Positions 54,417-64,000 of a DNA stretch of 64,000 bases are shown here, in pieces. Numbering within the stretch: position 1 is the first letter of the stretch; the number at the start of each line of letters is the position of its first letter. The notes beneath the pieces were generated by a model. The model was not told where the DNA came from. It did no database searches and worked only from the letters and a program-made list of their open reading frames with translations. Origin of the DNA: Setoptus koraiensis (lineage: Eukaryota; Animalia; Arthropoda); contig CM106586.1 of the NCBI GenBank assembly GCA_048013815.1, positions 2,418,001 through 2,482,000 on the forward strand, given 5' to 3'. The translations under genes were made by a program, and so were the position numbers.

Positions 54417-55090
54417 TTAAACCCTCTTGATAGAGTATGTCGCTTGAGGACATGAGCGACCAATGAAGATCAAAAACTTTCTCAGGTGTTCTCCCTCATT
54501 TCTTAGCATGCATTGCAACAATTGTGAAAGCCAGTTAGTGACAGGCACAAATCCGTGATATTCCCCGACAGTTTTAGCTAACTGGGAACGTTCATCGTCG
54601 AAAGATAACAACCAAAGCCAAGTTAACTAGGAACTTGCGCGATTTTGGTCCAGTCTGATGTCGGCAGGCTCCAGATCCGCCATGAATCAGATTTGAATTG
54701 TTAACATCTATGTTTGTCTCTTGTATAGAGCGTCCCTAAATGTGTTCGAACATCAAAGCTGCTCGTTGACACAGATTGTGGTTTTTACCAAGATAGCGCA
54801 ATAATACTGGACGAATCTGTATAGGAGGCTGACATAGAGACACTGCCTCCATAAATGTACCGGTAGCACTAGGATGACATTCAATCTGTTTAACATGACT
54901 TCCGCTGCACAAAAATGGTACTATTTCTCTGCCGAGAAGAGTCGTCTGCGAATCGTTCAATACTTTCCAGATCTTTGGAAACATCTGTATCCAAATATCA
55001 TGAGCCAATTGTGAGTCAGTGACATGTCTGAGCCTTAGATTGGAGTAGACTACCAGTGTTGATCTGTTTCACATCGTCGTCAACGCATTG
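54417..55090 (-). pseudogene. TRRAP: Decayed TRRAP/Tra1 (Nipped-A) fragment: two non-adjacent segments fused
   Basis: TGSLLQSKAQTCH /frameshift near 55020/ DSQLAHDIWIQMFPKIWKVL...PFLCSGSH...IRPVLLRYLGKNHNL...FEHI* (TAG 54738..54736), then ACRHQTGPKSRKFL /frameshift near 54620/ LWLLSFDD...LLQCMLRNEG...CPQA. Both blocks match TRRAP as I recall it, where they lie several hundred residues apart. Confidence 0.85.
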
Positions 55091-55373
55091 TCGTATATTG
55101 TAGAGCTCATTAGAGACAATTAGCCAGTTATCATTTTGCATCAATTCCAATCACAATTAACATGAGATAAAATAAAATAATTCTAGAACCATTCAAATCA
55201 GCGCGCCGAAATTGCACACGCGCAATTTCTTGCGCATTGTACAATGAAATTGCATGTCAGTTCATTTCATCATCCTATCGGATTCTTTTTCATTATAATA
55301 AAAAATAAATAAGTGATTTGCTTGTATTAATTTATTTATCTGTACTATTTGTATTAATTATATAACCAACACA

Positions 55374-55667
55374 ATGGCATCTATGGGCGGAGATGACGCT
55401 AAAGCAGAGCCATCGGGTGACACACCTTCAAGTGACTATATTAAATTGAAAGTTGTCAGCCAGGACGGAACCGAGATACATTTCAGGGTAAAATATGGTA
55501 CTGAGATGAAAAAAATCAAAAAGAGCTACTCAGATAGAGTTGGTGTACCCATACAATCATTGAGATTTTTATTCGATGGAAAACGAATTGATGACACAGA
55601 CACACCAAAGCTTCTCGAAATGGAAAACGAGGACACCATAGAAGTATTCCAGGAACAGCAAGGAGGT
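55374..55667 (+). other. SUMO: SUMO moiety (SUMO1/smo-1-like) ending in di-glycine GGA GGT
   Basis: Ubiquitin-like fold motifs and QEQQGG terminus; disordered acidic N-terminal arm. Confidence 0.95.
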
Positions 55668-56042
55668 ACCGCTTCATCATCATTTCACCGGCTAAGATTC
55701 CTGATGAAATTAAATCACGAGACTGTTACGATCGAATTGAAGAACGGTTGTATTATAACTGGAACCATTATCGGTGTAGATATCGCCATGAACACACATT
55801 TGAAAACTGTCAAAATGATTCCATCTAGAGGTGCCGCTCCCATACAATTGGACGGGCTTTCTATTAGAGGAAACAATATAAGATATTATATTCTACCAGA
55901 GGCTTTGGCTCTTGGACCTCTGCTCGTCGATGAAACCCCCAAACCAAAACCAAAAAATCGTGAAACAGTGAGAGGGGCTACTCGCGGCAGAGCGCGTGGA
56001 GGCCGTTTAGGAGGAAGAGGCCGAGGTGGTCAGAAGCCTTAA
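55374..56042 (+). CDS. SUMO-SmD1: SUMO-SmD1 in-frame fusion protein (222 aa)
   Basis: Single ORF: aa 1-98 SUMO ([19 protein letters not shown]...[11 protein letters not shown]...EVFQEQQGG), linker TASSS, then SmD1 ([22 protein letters not shown]...MNTHLK...[14 protein letters not shown]...RG-rich tail). No stop codon, intron or SmD1 initiator Met between them. Confidence 0.92.
   Translation: MASMGGDDAKAEPSGDTPSSDYIKLKVVSQDGTEIHFRVKYGTEMKKIKKSYSDRVGVPIQSLRFLFDGKRIDDTDTPKLLEMENEDTIEVFQEQQGGTASSSFHRLRFLMKLNHETVTIELKNGCIITGTIIGVDIAMNTHLKTVKMIPSRGAAPIQLDGLSIRGNNIRYYILPEALALGPLLVDETPKPKPKNRETVRGATRGRARGGRLGGRGRGGQKP
55683..56042 (+). other. SNRPD1: SmD1 moiety (snRNP core protein D1)
   Basis: Sm1 motif [18 protein letters not shown]...[14 protein letters not shown], Sm2 motif [15 protein letters not shown]-terminal [16 protein letters not shown]. 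Confidence 0.95.
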
Positions 56043-56101
56043 ACCTGGCAAATTATTGTAATAACAAAAATAATATGTGTGCATATGATGATACAAAAAC
56101 T

Positions 56102-59100
56102 TCAAGGCAACGCTACGTTGACTGTCTTCTTCGAAGGGGCCTGTTGTACACTATTCGAATCATAATGTTGGTACACTGCATGCTGTTGCTGGTTAATATG
56201 ATTAGAACCATTCTTAAATTGCTGTCGTTGCTGATGTTGTTGTTGGTTAGCAATCAAGTGTCGCAAATTACTCTGGCCTCGCTGGACACCTCCACCATTG
56301 TTGAGTTTATGTTGACCATTTGGGCGTCCATTAGAAGCGTTTGCATGACAATTTGGAGGTACACCAACGATCAAATGATACGTTCCTAAGGTTGAACAAT
56401 CGCTGTTTGTATAATCACTGGATGAATCATCTACAGAGGACATCTTTTCATGAAATTGAGATCTCTGTCTCAAAAGGACAAATACCGCTGAGCAAACAGC
56501 TAGGGTTAACAAAATCAATGATACAGTTATTCCAAAAAGGAATCTTGTTGTTGTAAAACATATTGTAGAGCTGTAGTCTTTGTATATCTGTTGAACATTT
56601 GGTGAAGGTTGTTCTCGATGATATGCAGCATGCTTGATTGATCTGTTTAGGCTTGTCTCGTTATTATACGATCCATTAACAACAGACTCATACAATGCGG
56701 CCAAGGTGTCATTGGGGTTCGCTATCAGACTAAATGCAACATCACCTATGATAGAGATATTGAAAAAGGAGTGAAAAATCAATATCAAGCTATAGTTTGT
56801 CATGCGTCAAAAAAGAACAAGAATTAGTTAGCTTGCTCCGATGATAGTTACCTGGACTGACTACTTGAATTGTTTTCATGGTTCTAACATTAGTAGATTC
56901 ATTGATATAGTCCGAGCCACTCTGACGTCGTTTTCTTTCTGACCTTTTGTTTTCATTCGGTGTTTTCGTTTTAGAGGTCGCAATGCTCTCATCAGATCTC
57001 ATAGATCTAGGCATGGCTTTAGCCATAATCAGATTCTTTTTATTATCGGATGCGACGCCTACATTATCGAATTCTCCTTGCCTGCTTGTGTAGGTATTGT
57101 GAGAGGAAATCAAATTTGCCTGGTGCTGTTGAGGTAACATTGGGATATTGTTTTTTAGCATGGTAGAATAAGGAGATCCAGTGTGTAGGCTTGGGGTGTT
57201 TGACACAACTTGGTGTTGTTGACGTGAATTCGGTGGCTGTATATTCGCATATAGCAATTGCGGTTTTGAATATTGTTTTGACACTTGGTGTATTGGACTG
57301 GTGGCTTGGCTATTATGCAACAAATGTGGCGGTAGAGCGCCTCCAGATGAGGCAGGTGAGCTTCCGGCGACCATTGATGTATCTAGCTTGACCTGAGCTC
57401 TACCTTGATTCTCATCCATTTTGATGGTGGTCTGTATTCCTGATGAGGCTTGTTCACTCAAAACTGGTCCAGTGCTGATGGCCATACCGTGGTGATGATG
57501 ATAGGATTGACCTGTCATAGAAGAAGGTAAAGGCTCCTTATGGGACACAATTTCTGTACCCGATGCGACGTAATCGCCGGCCCCTTGGCCCGCACCTCCC
57601 GCGATAGCCGTAGCTGAGCCAACACTTTCTGGTGAGCAAGCAGGCTCAGGACATTCGTGACGGCATACTTGAATTACACATTGGAAATGGACATTCATAG
57701 AATCCGGAAATTTGAATGCTTGGAAATAGGCATAGGACACCACTGTAGCTTGTGGTCCAAAGTTGCGGACTTTCAGGAATTTGGCCATGATCTTTGGTCG
57801 AGCCACGCAACCATACTCATCAACCAGTTGGATAGGCTGGTGTTTGTTATTTCCATCATGTGCTACACAGTTTCTGACCAACATATCAAATTTGTTTTCA
57901 TCGTCTTTAATAGCTAATACCATCGTCATAGTCTGACCTATCTTGACTATTCCGGCGACTTCCGATTGCCATGGACCTGTTTTTAGTTTTTTAGCATTAT
58001 AAAAGGATCTTGGTAAATATACTGAATTTCCCATGATTTAATCAATTCAATTTGTTCACCAGAGGCTTACCTTTCCCCACTTGGATCTGCATCCAGCATT
58101 GAATATTGTCGCCAAGGAAATTAGCTGTTACAGCATCCAACATTTCCACATTGTAAGGCCTAAAAGTTACTGATTTCTCATAGTAATCATACCAAGTGCA
58201 ACGTAGCTTTCTTGCTTGATCCCAGATTTCCTGCACTTGAGGATCATACTGAATAATAATTGTATTCTCAATATATAAACCATTGGGTTGTCCCTGATTG
58301 GCTGCACCTACTCCCGTCAATTGATTATTAACACCGTTTGGATAAGTATTACCGGATGCATCACTACTAGTCATTCCACATTGACCCAGATGGATGTCGA
58401 AATTGACCGAAGTTTGACCACTATTTGGCGGTAAATGAACGCATTTTGTGTCACCTGATTGAGAGATAAAAAGAACATACAATGATGAATTTGAATCTAT
58501 TGTACATATGCTAGTTTGGTTGATGGATCATCATTTCTATCTCATCGTGTCACAATCTCATGAAAATCTTTAATTAGGCGCGTACTCGCCCTCGCACCTT
58601 CTTGCTAATGAGGAGTCGATCCAATGACAAAGGTCATCGCAATGACTGTTTGAGTTGGCCTAGTTTTATGAGAAGACAGCGACGTCGACTGTGGACGTTG
58701 TTTTGTTGTTTCAAATCATATCTTTGACCAACTTCACAATCGTAACATTTTTGAGGTATGCGAGAGATATCACGAAAATTGAGATGAAAAGTAGGTTAAG
58801 CAAATAAACTACTTGTTAGCAGATTAGATGAATGAATCTATCTTAGCCTTGCATCCATCTATATCAATTTCATTTAAGTGTTTCCTATGATCTTGAGAAA
58901 GGTTTATACAACATTTGTGAATGTCTACAACGTCATCCTTTCAAGAACTATGTCAGCAGTTGCTCCATGACGATATCAGTCGCTGTTCTGTCACGAATGT
59001 CACCGATTCCAGTTTATATATAATAGACAAATATCCATGCCTATATTATATATACTGTTTACATGAATCCACCGTTCCATTTGAATTGTCTGCTTCATTG

Positions 59101-59122
59101 CTCCAGTGTGTGTTTAGCGAGG

Positions 59123-59159
<37 letters not shown>

Positions 59160-61582
59160 AGGTTATTATACTATACAGGAACAACTCATTATTAGCAACA
59201 ATCGACTTTCAAGAGCTTCTACATTCCGAGATATCTCGGCTATGTCGTAACAAGTGGCACTTGTATGCGCATTGTCATCGATGTGCCAAAAATTTAGCCA
59301 GCTATTTGTGACAATCGGACAACCAGGATAGTAAAAATGTCCACACACTAATTTATGAGCCGCCCCTTTCTCTCTTTCGTGCGGCCCTCAATGTTTCGCT
59401 CGAGCTCTTTCTCCATCTCTCTTTCATCTGTCAAACGCAACGGCAATCTCGGAGATATTGAGAGACTAGTTATCGCTCATGTCTCCTGTGTGGTATCTTA
59501 AGTATACAGTTTTCAACAGAGTAGTCAACATGCAATCTCAAAAATGTTTCTGCGAATCAACTGGGTGCGGCAAACAGTCTCCACTCTATCCTTCGGCCTG
59601 TCTACTTTTCTCTTCACCTTAAACTTGGCGCATGAATGTGTGAGTCGTTCTCCATCTACATATCCCAGTCCCAAATATGTTTGCATGGTGAGAGACGAAG
59701 TGACGGCTTCATTGCTACTTATACCTGGTCGTTGCTGAATAGTAAATACTATAAAATCACCATGCACATCACCATAGATACAACTGTGCTTCATCTCAAC
59801 ATTTTTATTGTAGAAAATCCACATTCCCAATAATCTATACCAAATAAATGGTGTATGTGTGTGTGTATGCGTCTCTCACCTATCTGCTTAATTACCTATC
59901 GTATTGTAAGTGTTGTGCAGTCTGGTAATGGTTAACTGTTCGCTTAGTCTTGAGCTGCAGGCAACGAAAACCGCTAAGCTAGTTCTTATTCTTTTCTTTT
60001 TCTGTGAGCATATTCGTGACAATCACTAAAAGAATCTAACTATTCTGGCCTAATTTCACCGAAAATTTCTTCGCATTCACTCAAAGTGCAACGTGATCTA
60101 CACATGCTAGTATAATGCTAGATAGCTATGAAAGTAGTTGGAATGCATTCCTCTAATTATCGATAAAATTCGCTAGCGCCACACATCTATTGGTTATTTC
60201 GAATCGAAATTGATGCAAGATTCGTCGAACGGGCCAGATGATTGATTTGGTTCGTCTACTTACTGTAGTGTCCTTTGGTAAAAACCAATCCATAGAACGG
60301 TTTATCGAAAACAATATTGACCTGGAAAGTAAGATAATAGTAATATTTCATAACCATTTATTAAAGTATAAGTTCACAAATCGAGAACTGTATTCAGTTT
60401 CGTAGTCTTCATTGTCATGCTTATACTTACGGTCATATGATTCTTTTCACACTTTACATTCAAAGCTCGTATGTGCGGCAAGTCTGATCTGACCAATGGC
60501 CAGTTACCTGCGTCCGCTTCAGGTGCAGAGGAAACACTGCTAACTGCACCGCTTTGTTGTGTCATAGGACCACCGACATCACCACTTGTCGCTTGTGATG
60601 CTAGAGCTCCTGTGGAAGCTCCTGCCGAACTAGTATATATGTTGCTTTCTACTGAGTTTGGGACAGGTGCGCTATTAGGATCAATGTAAACATGATTTTC
60701 GCTTCCACTATGAATCTGATGTTGATGATTAATTGTTTGATGTGTTTGCGGATGATGATGAATACCTTGCACATGACCGAGCACCGGATGACCAGATGTA
60801 GTCATATATTGTTGTCTATTGTGGCTGTTAGCCACCTGGTGATAAATATTGGGCCCTTGTGATGCTGTTAAATAAGTTCTATGTTCGGCGGGCATGTTCG
60901 TGGATTCTTCTTCTTGTAGATCTTGTTTACTGTCTATCTCTTTGGCATTGATTACTGACATAAACAGGTTAGATGTAGCAGCTAATATAATTATTAATAT
61001 CATGTTGGACATGTGTTTTATACTTGGATATTTGCTTTTGTTGTGGACTAGTGGTACAAAACTTGTGAATATTTTGTTGCTTTTGTTACAATTCAATGAT
61101 GGTGATAATGCTTCCAATTTGGCGCTATCTTGTATCCGCTGAGTGCGAACAATTTTAGGCGCATTTTCACGGTCATGATCTTGTGAGGATTCTTGTGCTG
61201 AACAAGTCGTGCCTGTGATCTTCTTTTGCCTTCTTTGTGCTTCATTATATCCACGACTTCCTTTACCATCATCAGCAGCGTAACTTTCTACCGAGCTCGT
61301 ACAGTCTTTGTTGTGCTGATGTCCGCTCTTTATTGGGTTATCCATCATGTAATCCACTACTTGACCACTTCTAGTTGATATAGCCACAGTCGATTCGGCT
61401 GATATTGCAACCGTTATATAACCGCCGATAATTGTATTGCGAGGACTTTTTTCAACATTACAGTCAACTTCATGGAGCCGGTTATCTCTTTCACGAGGCA
61501 TGCTATTGTTGTCGTTGTCGTTATTGGCGCGATTCGTTAATATACTAGTATTTGCACAAATCTTTTTGGATTTCGTCGTCAT
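56102..61582 (-). CDS. dyl: Dusky/Dusky-like zona pellucida (ZP) domain protein; exons 61582..60431, 60321..60264, 58454..58071, 57976..56852, 56745..56102
   Basis: Four GT-AG introns give a continuous frame: IRALNVKCEKNHMT|VNIVFDKPFYGLVFTKGHYS|DTKCVHL...ENTIIIQYDPQVQEIWDQARKLRCTWYDYYEK...QVGKG|PWQSEV...AFKFPDSMNVHFQCVIQVC; furin site RKRR; SPG|DVAF; TM FLFGITVSLILLTLAVCSAVFVLL. The signal peptide starts at Met 61012, so that may be the true start. Confidence 0.92.
59126..59157. repeat. (TC)n microsatellite in a dusky-like intron
   Basis: Read directly. Confidence 0.9.
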
Positions 61583-64000
61583 TATAAATTACCCAAGTAT
61601 ATTGGTAGTGCAAAGAGCAAACACACGCACACACTAATAGTTTTGTAGGTGCTTATAGGCTTCACGTTGTGGCGTATTGTGTCGCACTCTCAACTTGAAT
61701 AGTGGATCTGTTACTCACGATAGAAAATGCCAACAGCATTCTATTCCATTTATTCTAGCCAGTTCAAGTTCAATTATTCACCTCATTTATTCACTTGTGT
61801 ATTTGAGTAAACATAATTAACCTATATGTTGGAGTGTTGTATTGGAGTCTCTTGATAACAAGTATGCCACTACTGATGATGTTGGCGTCGTAAAATAGTC
61901 ACGATTTTGCTAATGTCGTTTATATTGCTAATATTATATAAACTAGACTCTTTGTCCTCTTCTCCTGTGGCTTGTTGTCCTTCGCTGGCTCTATCCTTTA
62001 TCCCAGTGTCCGGCGTAGATCAAATGATATAGAGGGAGATGGTAAATATTTCACGTTAATTGAATGCTTGAATAAGTAATATTTCTCTGATAAATTTGTC
62101 TCGACAATCCATTTCGATCAAATACAATGTATCAAGGAAGAACGCATCTGCTCGAATATATAGTTATGGGTATGGGACGTGGGGGAAGGGAAAGTCTAGA
62201 GGAATAGAGAAAAAAAACGAATATTTGGCGCGCTCTATACCTCACAACTAGTGTGTGCCTCGTCCAAACACCTTCCCCCCCCCCCTTGTGTACACGCTGC
62301 AATGAGCGGTTATTGCACATAACAGTTGATAATTGGGTTAATCTACCATCATCGACATGCAATACATCGAGGCAGCAATAAGAAGATCCATTTCAATTAA
62401 CACGATTCTCGGGATTTGATCCACTTTCATCGACAACCGTGCATACCACCTTGCTGCTGATATACGGCATAACACATATTTGTTTGTATTGTCAGATTTT
62501 CATTTTCAAGTTTGCATTTACAATTACATTCGCAATCATGCAAGACATAGGAAAGTTATTTTTTCCAGTTATTATTACTCTCGGCTCAGATGTATATCAC
62601 ATGACGGCGCGAAACAAACAACAACCTCTACTTCGAGCGCTAGTTGCAATATATGTAACTATCGATGATTATCTAAGGCAAAAGTCGTGACCGTGACCAT
62701 GGTATCAATGATGTTAGCTCAGCAGCGGATTATTTCAACAAAAAACACATACACTCACACACAATGGCTTTCATGGGAGAATTTGTATCGGCCAAGACCA
62801 CCTCTGTCCATACATCATGTGGACTAATTTTATTGGTCATGCCATAAGGTGACTTGTTTTTGTTCATCACAAATATCTACGACAAGATAGATTATATTTG
62901 CATAAGTTAACTTATTGATGCTCTATTACAATCCGTATGGATAACAATAACAAATTCAGACGCACATGTGTTTCACCTTCATCAAAGGGTACTTGCGTCA
63001 TGTAATGTCCAGAGTTATAATAATGCTGCTGCTGTTTTCTAATCTTGCCCGAAAGAATGGTATCATAAAGTATGGTACAATAGTTTTGTTTGACAGCCAA
63101 CTAGCGAAAATGCTAAATATAATCACAACCCACACATGAATGTAAGGTATTAAGCATGCACATTAGGCACAGCATGTTAAAGTTGACAGTGTGTATTATA
63201 TAACATGCAAAGAAAGAAGTGTTTGTTCTTTGCTTTTCTTCAAGTGGATAAGCCAATGTTAAGTCAACAACAACAGGAGCATTATTTCTTTATAATTATG
63301 ATTTACAATAATGATGATGCTAGAAAACTAACGAACAACAGGTTCATAGCAAGGCTCAGCGATACAACGCATATAAACACACTCTGGCAAACCGACAATA
63401 CTGTATATACGATGTACAATTTTACAATTGCATGATTGTGTTGCTGTTAGACCACGATACAAAATAGCATCTAAGACAAGATTAGATAAACAACAAGAAA
63501 AGGAAAGGATACCATTGACGAAGGTATCAAGAATTTAAATTAAATGTCCATTTTTGCGTGCAATTGGCAATGTTACATTGCTCACTTTTGCATTAGGTCA
63601 GTAGAGAAAAAACTACCGAATAGTGGTAGTAGGTAGATCAGTCGAGAAAGTTGCAATTTACTATTTGAGAACGGAGGTATTCGGACACATTTGCAGAATA
63701 GAAAACTGAACAACTTATGGCAACATTACCTGCCGACATCACAAAGTTTCAGTCATGTCAACCAACCAGTAGTAAGTTGTTGATGCATAAAAAATAGCTC
63801 TTGAGCGACAGATAGCGTTCACTATTGCTCGTTGTTGGAAGTCATAAATAGCAGCACTTGTGATTAATAATTGCTGAGTAGTCACTGGGCCACTTGATTG
63901 TTTTATTGTCTTTTGGGCAGTTTACTGTGCACTTTGAGAGTATATATTAGCAATCTCATTGTGGCAGCATCTATCTTCTTTGGAACTGGAACTAGACCAG

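Noticed and set aside
55665-55696. Possible intron GTACCG...CTAAG separating SUMO from SmD1
   Set aside because: Only 32 nt, with a weak donor. Removing it destroys the SUMO di-Gly motif and puts SmD1 out of frame, so it does not explain the fusion away.

Overview
Eukaryotic genomic DNA from a compact, AT-rich, intron-poor arthropod. Gene content and short, sparse GT-AG introns suggest an acariform mite, possibly an eriophyoid; this is inference only. Supported genes in order: 3' end of clueless, a kainate-type glutamate receptor, a rau-like double-RA protein, a three-MRH-domain Lerp/CI-MPR-like receptor, TMCO4, an orphan single-pass membrane protein, Max, a polypeptide GalNAc-transferase, RBM34, two tandem 12-Cys secreted paralogs, a decayed TRRAP fragment, a SUMO-SmD1 fusion ORF and a dusky-like ZP protein. 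The standout is 55374..56042 (+). It is one uninterrupted ORF in which a complete SUMO ending in di-Gly is joined in frame to spliceosomal SmD1 lacking its own start Met. This resembles ubiquitin-ribosomal protein fusions, but for the spliceosome. A possible vestigial SmD1 first exon upstream suggests how the fusion arose. I recognised no rRNA, tRNA, CRISPR array or miRNA. All homology calls are from remembered family motifs, not database searches.
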